From Lama glama (taxonomy: Eukaryota): a stretch of 64,000 bases of DNA. Each line of letters begins with the position of its first letter. Position 1 is the stretch's first letter. The stretch spans positions 44,020,001 through 44,084,000 of the forward strand of contig CM052822.1 of the NCBI GenBank assembly GCA_028534125.1. The letters run 5' to 3'. This document shows, one piece after another, positions 51,796 to 64,000 of this stretch. A program made the position numbers and the translations under genes. The notes below the pieces were generated by a model. It saw nothing but the letters and a program-made list of their open reading frames with translations, had not been told where the DNA came from and searched no databases.

Positions 51796-53832
51796 TTGAA
51801 GATTGGGAATAAGATGCCTAAATATGGATAAAGCAAAACTCCCTTTAGTCAGAGATAAGCAGAAAATTGACAATTTAAGAATTCTGTTTTTCCAAATTCC
51901 ACTTAAGACACTAAGAGTTCAGCAAATGGTAGCATATATATTGTAGATACAATAAAATACAGATAATTATCAAATTATTTTTAAAACAGGGAAGAAAAGG
52001 TGAATTGGAAGTTTGTCTTTTCAGCCTTAATGCAATGTATGTGTAACTGCCATTAAAAACTTTCAAGATTATAAATGAGAAGGTGGCTGGCTTTCTATTA
52101 ACAGTCAACAGTGGGATAAAATTTCAAGGTTACTGGTGGAGGTTTTTTTTTTTTGCATTGTTTTGTCAGTATTTTTAATCTAAAAGTATATATAATATTT
52201 ATTTTCTTCTTTATTAACATCATGCAAGACAATGTATTGATTGTAATCCAAGAGCCATTTGGATTTAGTTACAGCTTTAGGTAACTATTCTAGTTTTTAT
52301 TATTCTTGCCATTCTCACGAATACCTTCATACACTTTTTAAGAACACAAGACTAAGAATCAACTGAAGTGCATGGAGATTCAGTTGCCATCTCCATATTT
52401 TGTTCCTTTAACAAACCTGCTAAGTACTCACACTACTAGCATTAAAGTATTTAAAATTAAAGCATTTATGTCAAGTCCCCATAAGACCTCCTATTTCATT
52501 TAACTGAGAAACAGGCAAATGTTCCTTGAATTCTATTAGAACAATTAAATATTAATTATAGCAACAATTATTAAGTTGTAAAATCCAAGTAATAACTTTA
52601 ACAATTTTCAAACAGGCTATATATGCAACATCACTACTAAAAAAGTGTCTTAGATTAAAAATAATCATGATAGAAACTGTCATACTGAGTAAGATCTGTG
52701 GTTCAGGGATCCTTAGATATCAAAGATCAAGGGAAAGGAATAATTGTCCTTCCAAGATACTTAGCTTTTAGGCATAATCTAGCTTCTCCTGGAAGAATTT
52801 TTGAGTGTACCAGTCCCAAAATGTGCATATACAAATTCCTATATATAAACAACCAAATACAACACAGGAGTTTTTTAAAAAGATACATATCACAAGTTTT
52901 GAAACGTCTATCAATACAGATAAGTACTGAGTGGGGCACAAATAGTAAATTATATAACATAAGTTAAATGCTAAGTAGATGATGATTACTTTAACCCCTG
53001 GACAAAATGAATTATGTATTGCTTTATAAGTTTCCATAATGCATTTACTACTTCAGCTGGAACCCAAAGAAGTTTCCTTGGTAAATACTACAGCCATCAT
53101 AAACTATCATTTTTTCACCAGTCCAAAATTTTAACATATTCTTCTATGTCATATCATTCTGTATAAAAACATCAGTCTTTTCTCTCTCTTTTTTTTTTTT
53201 TTTTACTTTTCAAACATACACAAAGTGAAGAGAATAAAATGAACTCTCAGGTACCATCTTTTAAGGATCCCCAAAAAGCTGGCTCCAACAATTATTAACA
53301 CAGAAATATTAAAATTTATAACATGGATATTTGAATGTTTCCAGGCTTTTGTTATTACTCGTAGTGTCCTTCATTCATACTATTTATTTCTGCATTTTCC
53401 TACCATATCCTGTAATATGGAAATCCCTGGTGATCTTGATAAAAGCAATCTTGGTGAAGCAGTAGGGCAGAAACTTAACTGGAACGGATTCAAGAGAAAA
53501 GGAGAGGAGTACAGCTTGAGATAGTGAATATCCACAATTTATAAAGACAAGGAAAGAAATACAGCAATAGCTAGAAGAGTAGACTCAAAAGAAGGTCTTG
53601 CTTGTTTTACTGTTTTTTGTTTTTGTTTTTTTAAGAAGAGAGAAATAACATGTTTGTGTGCCAACAGGAATAATCTAGTAGAAAGGAAAAAACTGAGAAT
53701 GCAGGAGAGAAAAGCAGAGAATTTCAAGAACAATGTCCTTGATTAGCTAATGGTAGAATCTTGTGTGGAGAAGTTGGACTTACAGAAGAATATGACAGAG
53801 GTAGGTGAAGAAATGTTAAGAAACTTGTACAC

Positions 53833-53999
53833 AATATACTGTATAGCACAGAGAAATATATACAAGATCTTATGGTAGCTCACAGAGAAAAAGATGTGAC
53901 AATGAATTATATATATGTTCATGTATAACTGAAAAATTGTGCTCTACACTGAAATTTGACACAACATTGTAAAATGATTATAAATCAATAAAAAATGTT

Positions 54000-54038
<39 letters not shown>
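53833..54038 (+). mobile_element. young 5'-truncated L1 3' end with (GAAA)n tail
   Basis: tatactgtatagcacagagaaatatatacaagatc...caataaaaaatgtt followed by GAAA repeats. Perfect 15-bp TSD aagaaacttgtacac at 53818-53832 and 54039-54053. Confidence 0.88.
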
Positions 54039-54042
<4 letters not shown>

Positions 54043-54700
54043 AACTTGTACACGAGCCCACTAACTAACCTCTAAGAACAGAGCAGAACGTATAGTAAAC
54101 ATTCAATGAGCATCTGATATTAATTTCTATACCTACTCCTCTGACATCACGCAGTTTCATGAGGATCTAATGAGAAATTACATGAAAGTACTGAAAATTT
54201 GTATGACTAAGAGCAGGCTGTGTATGTTCATTATGCATAAGAATGTGATTAGGACCCTGGGTTGGTTAAACCTGCAATAACTATCACTTTTAATGACTAA
54301 AAAAGCAAGCCCTAATCCATATTTGAACCACCTTCAAGAATGAGTTTAAAATGACATTTATAAATAACAAAAGGGAAGCTTTTAATTAATTTTACTTCTC
54401 TACACAGAGAAAAAAATATTTTGATATTGGTAAAAAGGAGCCTATGTCCAAAACATAAGTTACTTTCCTTCAGATTTTTAATGAAAGGATGTATTGAGTG
54501 GCAGGGTGAAAGAGGTATTTACCAACCTCTGCTTCAAAATGTAAGAAATCTATAATGATCTTCTTTCTGCATGGGTAATCTCCATCATAGTATTAAACTG
54601 TAACAGTAATGGAATTAATCATGTACTTTATCACAAGTATCACTTCTAAACAAGATAAGACAAAAATATGCTAGAATACTCAGTATTCTGGACTATCAAC

Positions 54701-54740
54701 ATATATATACAGATATATATATATATATCTGTATATATAT
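54701..54740. repeat. perfect 40-bp AT-rich palindrome
   Basis: atatatatacagatatatat|atatatatctgtatatatat equals its own reverse complement. Confidence 0.92.
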
Positions 54741-55399
54741 TTTATATCTGTATATATAAAATAAGTACAATGGCAATCCAATTTAGATAGTTTACTGTCA
54801 TAATTATTTACTAGATAGGTTTAAAGCAATTTTTTCACAGAAATAATATGGATCACTGTCAGAAACTTCACAAACTCTGGAAACCCATGCTTGAAAAACT
54901 TCGCCACACAAATTAAACACACTTAAGATGATCACTTAGTTAAAAACACAGGTACTGAAATCTCATGAGAGTCAGCTATAAAGTAATCATCCAGATTGTC
55001 TATAATGATAATTTGTATATCAAAATACAAACCAAAATTAAAGATTTTGAGAATTCCTAGTCCTAAACTATGAGACCCAGTTTGAGAAACATAAATAATC
55101 ATTAAACTTTTAAACCTAATGGCACATAATCTATTTAACCCAAAATACAGCTGACTAAACTAGCATTAGTTGAAGCCCAGAGACTGGTAACCCCTTATCC
55201 CCACGTCCTACTTTTTTAAAGCCTATACCCACTGAACAGAAAGGCTGGGCGAAAGCTAAGCAAGTCCCTCAGCAGGATGAGGAAACAGCATGACCAACAG
55301 CACTCAGCTAAAAGTCTGACATTTGCAAGAAGACAAGACCACAGCTTTCACTATTTGTATCTGTAAAAGAGCAATCAAGGTTTAGAAAACCCATTAAGA

Positions 55400-56470
55400 G
55401 GCATGTATACATTTCTTTCATATCACTGGTCATTGTCCCTCCAGGGTCCTTTGCTAAATTTTCCATCCAATTCTAAAAATTAAAGTTCTTCAGGTGAGTT
55501 GCAAATTTGCTTCTCTATCCAAGGCCTCTCTCTCCTTTTCAGGCCCAGACCCATATACCCAACATTTAGACATTTGATTATCTTCAGGTATCTCAATAGG
55601 CAACTCAAAGTCAGAACATCTACAATAGTTCTCAATTCCCAATTCCCCAAATCTTTCCTTTTACTTGTTCCCTAATCCATAACAACTTGGCACCAGTTGT
55701 TTAAGTCAAAAATCTGGACATTATCATCAGTTTTCCTTCCTCTCACCTTGTCTAACATTTCTAACCATCAGCAAATCCTCTGGACCCTATCTCCAAAAGT
55801 CTCTCTTAGATCAGTCCATTTCTTTCCATTTCCATTGCCATTACCTTAACCTAAACCATCATGTCTTGCCTGAACTTCTGCAACAGCTTCTTAACTGGTC
55901 TTTACACTCTGTTCTACAGTCAGAAAATAGAGTGATCTTTTAAAAATGTGAATCAATTCTGTCACTCTCTAATGGATTCCTACGACTCTGTATTTAATTC
56001 TAATTCTTTACCATAACCAGATGGTCCCAGCGGATCTGGTTTCTGTCTCTCTCTCCAACCTCCTCTGATCATATTTCTTTCTCATTCACTAGCCAAACTG
56101 GCATCCACTTAGATCCCCGAATATGCCAAACTCTTCCCCAATTCAGACACCCTACCTGCAACATTCTCTCCCAGCTCTTGCAGGGCTGGCTCTTAATCAT
56201 CTTTTAGGTCTTAGCTTTAAAATGACCCCCTCAAAGAGGTCTTACCTGATTCACAAATTTAGTAGAGTATTCCGTTTCACATAACCTGTTTCTTTCATAA
56301 CACAAATCACAATCTGTAATTATGTGCACATGTTTATTTCCCTAAGTGGAATATGAGTGCCAAAAACAAAGGAGGGTCCATGTCCGTTTAGCTCATCCCT
56401 TTATTCCCAGAGCCTAGCACTTTGTCCTGCAGAGCACATGCTAAATGCCAGTTTGTTAAATGAAGTGCTA
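55400..56470 (+). mobile_element. L2 LINE 3' region
   Basis: ccatcagcaaatcctc...tcttgcctgaacttctgcaacagcttcttaactggtct...cccagagcctagcac...tttgttaaatgaa. Confidence 0.8.
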
Positions 56471-56819
56471 TGAGTCCAAAAGGGTTTACACAGATTTGGA
56501 AGACAGAACTTATGTGGAGTTTGTTATATCAGTTTTTACATGTAATCATTAAGAATGGAAATGAAATATTTAGTCTATGAATCAAAATACTAATTTAAAG
56601 CACTTGCTAGTACTAAATTCATCTGGTTCATCTCTGCAAATGGTACTGATATTAGCAGACTACTATGAAGGAGGAATCATGTATTAGAATTAGTATTAAC
56701 TTTTCTCAAAATTAATAATCAATTTAAAATAAACTTTTATCTTTCTACAGCAAGGGAACATTAATTTCCAAAAACCAGAATATAACAAAATTACATGGTA
56801 CCCCATGAAAATACATGAA

Positions 56820-57500
56820 GCAAAAACAAGTGTGGATAGAGATGTGAAGAAAGTAGAACCTTCAGACATTGCTGGTGGGAGTGTAAAATGGAACAGCCTC
56901 TGGAAAAGTTTGCCAGTCCCTCAGAAAGTTACCCTATGACTCAGTGTATACCCAATTCCATTCCTAGGTATGTACCAAAGAGACCTGACATGTCCACACA
57001 AAAACCTGTAAGGGACTGTTCATAGCAGCATTATTCATAATAGCCAAAAAGCTGAAACAACTCAAATGNNNNNNNNNNNNNNNNNNNNNNNNNNNNNNNN
57101 NNNNNNNNNNNNNNNNNNNNNNNNNNNNNNNNNNNNNNNNNNNNNNNNNNNNNNNNNNNNNNNNNNNNNNNNNNNNNNNNNNNNNNNNNNNNNNNNNNNN
57201 NNNNNNNNNNNNNNNNNNNNNNNNNNNNNNNNNTCCATTTACGTGGAATTTCTAGAATAGGCAAATCCATAGAGACAGAAAGTAGACTGGTAGTTACCAA
57301 GGATTGGGGGAACAGAAAATGGAGTGACTGCTAGTGAGTATGGGGTTTCTTTTTGGGGTCATGAAAATGTTCTGGAATTACAGTGCTGATGATTGCACAA
57401 CTCTGTGAACTATTAAAAACTACTGAGTTACACACATTAAATGGCAAATTTTATTAGTGTTTGAATAATTCTGTAGTATGTGAATGTCTCAATAAAAAAA
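56820..57500 (+). mobile_element. L1MB-type 3' region with internal N-run
   Basis: cattgctggtgggagtgtaaaatgg...gcagcattattcataatagcc...ggcaaatccatagagacagaaagtaga...ctcaataaaaaaaa. Confidence 0.88.
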
Positions 57501-59514
57501 ATTGCTGCTTTAAATTGAATATTCAAATGCCTTCAGATAATCAGAAGTAAAAGAAAAAAGAATTCTTTAATTTTACTGTGGTTGAAAACAGAGAAAAAGA
57601 AGTTCTCATGTACATATGTTAAGCAAGAAGATTTGAAAATTTTTCTATGCCACTAAAAAAATTGCCTCTTCAATTTATATATCAATAAATTTAATTTAAA
57701 TATCTGGGAAACCAGTAGTTAGACATGATAACAAACAACACAATAACCAACTGACTTAATTTTCAATTAGTTTGGATTATAAGCTACAGTATTAGGAAAA
57801 GAACAGATTTTGAAATTTCAATTCAAATTCAGTTAAACTTGTAAAAGTAATGCAATTTTACTTATTGAGACCTTCTAATTACAGTATCTATTAATTTGAT
57901 TAAAAATCCATTTCTGTATTAGTTAGAGTAAGTATTGCTAGCAGCTATAACAAACCCCAAGATCTCAGTGGCTTGACACAATAAAAGTTCATTTTTCTCT
58001 CAAAAAAAAAAATTATGTGGCACCCTTTAAATATAAGAATTCAGAAGACTCAGGATTGTATATCTAAAATAAAGTACTAATTAAATTGTCAGTTAAAAAT
58101 TTCTGTTAAGATATTGGCTACACAGATTAATACATAAATATACTTGACCATCTCTGTTGACACTACCACCATTCTTCCTGTTGCTCACACCCTACATCCA
58201 ATAGTCAGCAAATCCTATTAGGTATACTACTTGCACTGCATCCACTGATCCACCCTAGAGGAAGCCTGGTGACACATGGCAGAGCAGAGGCAGCTAAATT
58301 ACCAAATAAGAAACATCCTGTTGGCACTCTCAGTATTCCAGAGACAGAGCTATACCACTCCCAGTAAACAGCTGCTTAACCAGCTGGCCCCAAAACTCTG
58401 CTACCCACTTAGCAGAGATTGCTAAAAACCAAGATGCAGAAAGCTCCCCTGCTAGTATAATATGAAAAACAAATCCTAAACTGGGGAACGATATTTTTTT
58501 TCTAAAAAGTTTACATATATTATTACCTAAAATGTCTGATTTTTTAATGTTTAACTAGATATCAAAAACTGATAAAATACTATGGATCCCTAATGCACTT
58601 AAAATATTCACAAGAGTCGAACAGATGAGTTTAAAAAGCCAACACTTTTATATTTCTAGAAAATCAAAAGATTAAATTTTGTATGTAAAAAGACTAAATG
58701 GGTCTCATAATTACATATGGCTTAAAAAATCATGTCCTTAGTATATCCAACTGCAACATAATCAAATAGCTCAGTAAAAGCAATCATCAAACTTACATGT
58801 TAGTTCAAAGAACTACAGCCCAATTTCTTTGAAAGTAGTAACTATTAATATTTCAATACTTACATATAGTTCAGTCACAAGTGTCAAACAGCTTTAAAGA
58901 GCTGGCTCCCAGAAGGTGCACAAAATATCGTTTCTGTGGGAAATGAATTCTGTGAATTTGTACTGGAACAAATTTCCCTCCCACTCCCACTAAACTCACC
59001 CAATCTAAAGCCCCAGGAAATTCAGAAACACTGTAAATGGAAGCATAGCTTACCCAAACTACCTCTACCTCTTACCCTCTTGCAACAACAGTAAACAAAA
59101 TCAGCTTACAGAGCTTGAAGAATAATTTTCTCTAGAACTGCAAAGGGACATTCCCTGCTTAGATTTCTACTCATAGCCATTCACAAATCAGGTATACACA
59201 CAACAGAGATGCCAAAATACATAACTGCTATGGTTCATGCAAATAAGCAGGCTTGTGAAAAGAAAGGGGAATGCAATGTATTTAAAGTCTTAAATGTTCC
59301 TATGCCTTCCCTATAATTTATCAAAACAAAAATAACCACATGCTAAGCTGATATGCATTAGAACAGTAGTAAGACTATGCTACTCATTCATCTGTAGCCT
59401 TTAGATGACCATCTAACATAAACATCTTCTTTTTACAGTTCACTTACTTCTTTTCAATTTGCAAGTATATAACTGAGACGGCCAAGTCCCTAAATGCCTT
59501 TCTTCATCTTATAT

Positions 59515-59740
59515 ATAACCATCACATGGTTAAGACCAACCTGGGTTCAAATTCCAATTCTATTAAGAGTTCTTTGATCTTGGGCAAAAAAATCACCAAT
59601 CCTCAGACTCCTCATCTAGAAAATAGAGTTAATAATAAAACCTGCAGCATAAGCTGTCTATGAGGAACAAATGTGATAAATATATAAAGTGCTTAGTAAA
59701 ATGCCTAGTATATACAGCAACCACTTAGTAAATGGCAATT
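59515..59740 (+). mobile_element. MIR SINE
   Basis: acctgggttcaaattcc...cttgggcaa...cctcatctagaaaatag...aaagtgcttagt. Confidence 0.72.
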
Positions 59741-59869
59741 TAAAATCAGAGCACCAAATACGATAGTTAAATAAAAGCATGTGAGACCATCAAATCAATA
59801 TTTATTACATAAAGGACAGAAACTTAAACTTAAAAGTTCTAGAAAAACCCTATTTTAAAAAGCATGATG

Positions 59870-60017
59870 GATGTTGAGGGTAGGAGACTATATGTGTGGG
59901 TGGGGAGGGCTATGTGCAAACTCTCTGAATTTTCTGCTCAATTCTGCTGTGAACCTGAAACTGCTCTGAAAAATAAAGCCTACTAATTGAAAAAAAAACT
60001 AAACATTTAAAAAAATT
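59870..60017 (+). mobile_element. short L1MC-type 3' end with TSD
   Basis: ttttctgctcaattctgctgtgaacctgaaactgctctgaaaaataaag; flanked by ttttaaaaagcatgatg at 59853-59869 and 60018-60034. Confidence 0.82.
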
Positions 60018-60381
60018 TTTTAAAAAGCATGATGCGTGATTAAACAAAACATTACCTTCATAGTACTGTTATTTTCCGAAAAAAGACACTATAAACAGGC
60101 CACAAAGGAGTTAAATAAAACAAATTTTAGTCAGCACTTATTCAAGACTTTCAACTTTCTATCAACCTTTGAACTCAATTTAATGTTTTAAAAGGAGCTC
60201 TAAAATTTTAAAAATCTGAATATTTTGCTAGGTGACATGAAACCTTCTTAAACGTATGTACTAAAATTTTGTAAGACAAAAGTCTTATAAAACAAAAATT
60301 ATTTATGTGTGTGTATTATAGCCCCTTTAAATCAACATTATGAGGTGGTTAAGAAAGCAAGTTTTTAAAATGACCTGCCTA

Positions 60382-60661
60382 ATTATACTAAGTAAAATAA
60401 GTAAGGCAGAGAAAGACAAATACTGTGCGATATCACTTATATGTGTAATCTAAAAAATACAACAAACTAGTGAATGTAACAAAAAAGAAGTAGACTCACA
60501 GATACAGAGAACAACCTAGTGGTAACCAGTGGGGAGAGGGAAGAAGGGGAGGGGCAATATAGAGGTAGGAGATTAAGAGGTACAAACTATTAGGTATAAA
60601 ATAAGCTACAAGAATATATTGTACAACCTGGGGAATATCGCCAATATTTTATTATTTTTTT
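60382..60661 (+). mobile_element. L1 3' UTR fragment (laurasiatherian type), truncated at both ends
   Basis: cagagaaagacaaatactg...gactcacagatacagagaaca...gaggtacaaactattaggtataaaataagctacaag; TSD aaatgac(c/t)tgccta. Confidence 0.85.
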
Positions 60662-63600
60662 AAATGACTTGCCTATATAAGGTAATAGGTAATTACAAAA
60701 ATGAGACAGACATAAACCTCAAATTATTTTTATACAAGCTACTTCCACTGACAATGAAGGTAAGACTTCCAACTGAACTGCAGGCAATTTGACTATGGAA
60801 TGTTATATTCTCAGTATAGAATCTATACAACTGATTCTATTCTTGTTTCTTTAATTTTAACAGAACCTCAGAGCAAAGGCACAATTTGAAAACGCGCCAA
60901 GACAGAGGAAATCTACCCAGAAATGAGGGACATGTTCGATAGGCATTTTGACCTCAAGACTGGAAAAAGGGGAGCAAAGGCATCTAAGTCCCAGAAAGGT
61001 TTGCCTTCAAAACTGAATTCAAGGTGAGTCAGGTCCATGTTAGTTACTGTTTATGAGAACAAATAGTAAGAAATAAGATAACGAAAAAGGTGCCTATCTG
61101 GATTTAGACATTCTTATTTTTTATTTTATTTTTTATTTTTTAAGTTTTCTGTAGGATAGTCCATTCTACCGGATAACATTTTAAGTTCACCATTTTGAAT
61201 ATTTACACATCTAGTAAATAAGTTAAACTATCTCAAAGTCTGAAACTACTCAAATGGCCTTCTTGACAGGTATCTTCACCCAGTAGTAACAATTATCTAA
61301 ATTTGAGAATGATTATTTCACACTACAGGCCAATTTTAGGAACTGAAATCCTAAAGTCATGAAGTGATGACAAATGTCATATTAGAATATGATTCAGTTA
61401 CCTGTATACACTATCAACATGAACTGGTGCACTTCCCAGTTCTTAAACCAAGTACTAAGCCAATTATCAATACCATTCAAAGTTAAACAGAAGTCCACCA
61501 GAGCTCAATTTCACATCTGAGGTTTTTAATAATGACTTTGTAAACTTCTGCATAAATACGGCAACTGCCTTGTTTCCTAACTGGAAAACACCTTCCCCTC
61601 TGTGGCCCATTATAGATCTGTACTCTTTTTACATAGTACTATATGTAAAGTACTAAGCATTGTAACAATATAAAGCATTTAGAACATCAGTGCAACATTA
61701 GCTCTGAAAGAACAGTTAAAAAGAAGGAAAGAAACTACCATCTACTTGAAACTGTATTTAAAAAAACAAAGCCCCTGTGAATCTTTTCTTAAAACAGGTA
61801 CACATTCCCTTACCCCCAACTCCAAAGGACAGCTCCCTTCTTGTGCTCCTGCAGCACTCAGTACATCCCTCTTGTATAACATTAGCCACATAATATTGTA
61901 GTTATTTACTTACATGTCTGTATGCCCCACTAGACTTGAGCTTCATAAGAGCAAAGGACTCTTATCATCACCTTTTTGCTTAGTATACACATAGACCTTC
62001 AAAAATGTCAGGTCAATAAAATCCTAATTAAACATATAAATGAAGCCCAAGAAAATGTGTTTTGGAAAGATGGATATGTTTGTTGTGGGGTAACTGAGGG
62101 AGGGGAAGTTGAATTGAAAATATCCATGTGGATGGAGATTACCTGTGATTAAATAAAGTCAATATCCGACCATAAAACGAAAAATCTTAAGATTTTACAC
62201 ACTATTGCAGAGTTTAACCAGAATTTTGTTAAAGCATGTAGGGACCTATCCTTGTAGAGATCCTAAAAGTACAACTTCAAATCTCCATTCTTCTCCCTCT
62301 AGCAGCTCTCATTTATCTTCCTAGAAGCCAGTGCCCACGGGGATGAAGGCCCTCTACCTCCCCTGGCCCAACAGACCCAATTAGAGCAGTGATGACCAGA
62401 GCTACCAACTTTTCTGCTTCCTATTGGGGGTCACCTGCTTCTACAAGGCACTAACCCTTCTCTGCTTCCATGTCCACCCACCTTCACCAGGCAGATGCAT
62501 AAGGAATCAGGCATAAGAAATTATCTCTGTTAAACACCAAACAGCACTTGAAACACTTAAAAACTGAATCAATGTTAAGTAGTCATTGTAGGTGGTCATA
62601 AGAATCTAAACTTTGTTTATATTAAACCAATACTATAATATTGCTTATAATGTAAAACTTCTCTATTCCAAATAACACCCTTACAAAGTAAACTTTAAGG
62701 ACACCAATTCCTATGCTGAGAACTACCTATGGCTTCAGAATATCATTAAACAACTGGTCTGTTCAGCAACTGGAATACTTCAAATTAATTCTATGTGATA
62801 AATAAGTTAGAATGTAAGTCTGTTGAATCTAATAACCTTACAAAGTTTTCAGCAAAGTTCTGTGAAAATGAATACATTACCCACAGTCTCATTAACAGAA
62901 ATAAATCTCAACTATTACAATTCACTTGGGAGTAAATTTGCTCAGGAGAAAAAAAGTCAGGTTTGCCACAAGGTTATGTAATTAACAGGCTGCTTATTAT
63001 TTGGTTATAGCTTCCAAAAGTGCCTCGGGTGTACTAGAAGCAGATGGGTTAGGAGGGCGGGGTATGGAGAAGTTTGCAACTGATCTGTCCTCCAGCAGCT
63101 AACTAATCTCCAGTGGTCCGCACTGATAGCCAGCCCTCCACTGGAGATTAGTGCTAGGAGGGCAGAACTCCTGTCAAAAACAGGTTTCTCCCAGGTGCAG
63201 GTAAAACAAATGAATTTCACACTCCTCTCTTAGGTATTTTTTTTAAAAAGAAAGTTTCATAAAAATGGTAACTCTTGTTCTATCATAGTGTAAACCAAAT
63301 TCCTTTTGGTTTAATTGTATAATATAAAGATCCTCACATAAGTATATACTTAAGCATATATATTTAGATATATACTCAATAATAAATGTATTTAAGAGTG
63401 GTATACTTAGGAATAATGTACTTATTTATGGCTCTGTTACAAACAGTATTATGGAAATCTATGAGTTTCAATGCTGACTATCCTGAAAAGCTATTTTCCA
63501 CTTCAAAAACATACAACAAATCACATGCAATAGGAAACCTTTTGTAAAGCAGAAATTTTTAAAAACAAGTTACTACCGCTGTGTAAATATTAACTTCAAG

Positions 63601-64000
63601 AAAAGATTTGAATAAATGAGAGTTCCAACTGTTTTGTTCCAAGTACTTAAAAACTTCAGGGTTTTTATTTCTCCTACTAAAAATATTTGTATAATAAGTA
63701 CTGACAAACACAGCTAATGCCCACAAACAATTGTTTTTCTAAACCTCCTGTTTTTGCAATAACCACCCTATTTCTATAGTTATTCTAGAAGCCTAAACAC
63801 CTAACTAAACTTAATATTGTAACATTGAAACACTTCTAACTTATTAATATCTTAATATAGATCAAGTGCCTTCCTCACTTATGTGCGTAAAACAAGTATT
63901 AACTAAAACCTATAAAGCATAGTTGCTTTCCAACACATCCTTGCTGCTGGCTTAAATTTGCCTGATGCCAAAAATGTTTCCCACCCTAAAAATCTGAGCC

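Noticed and set aside
29451-57300. ORFs containing long X runs
   Set aside because: Artefacts of translating through N-runs; only the L1 ORF2 snippets in them are meaningful.
1-64000. Prokaryotic-type systems (operons, CRISPR arrays, defence islands)
   Set aside because: The sequence is mammalian intronic/intergenic DNA with no gene-dense or repeat-spacer structure.

Overview
Mammalian genomic DNA, AT-rich and repeat-dense. It is most likely camelid, inferred from three Vic-1-like tRNA-derived SINEs and a young camelid-type L1 3' end. The right half holds the 3' part of HERPUD2 on the minus strand. Coding exons 5, 6, 8 and 9 are fully readable with canonical splice sites and consistent phases, and only 43 nt of exon 7 are visible. 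Exons 3 and 4 appear to lie under N-runs, and the promoter and first coding exon are beyond the right edge. Exon numbering follows my recollection of the human gene. The left ~29 kb is downstream intergenic DNA with MIR, L2, old L1, MLT1, MER5, a MER67-like LTR and a decayed ERVL pol fragment. I see no evidence of a novel multi-gene system. The best leads are (1) eight N-runs that behave like length-preserving masks over conserved sequence, (2) a candidate unannotated in-frame 84-nt cassette exon in intron 5, (3) an 83-nt pre-miRNA-like hairpin in intron 2, (4) an 80-bp local templated duplication, and (5) a tiny polyadenylated retrocopy nested in a MIR. Repeat subfamily names and boundaries were judged by eye and are approximate.
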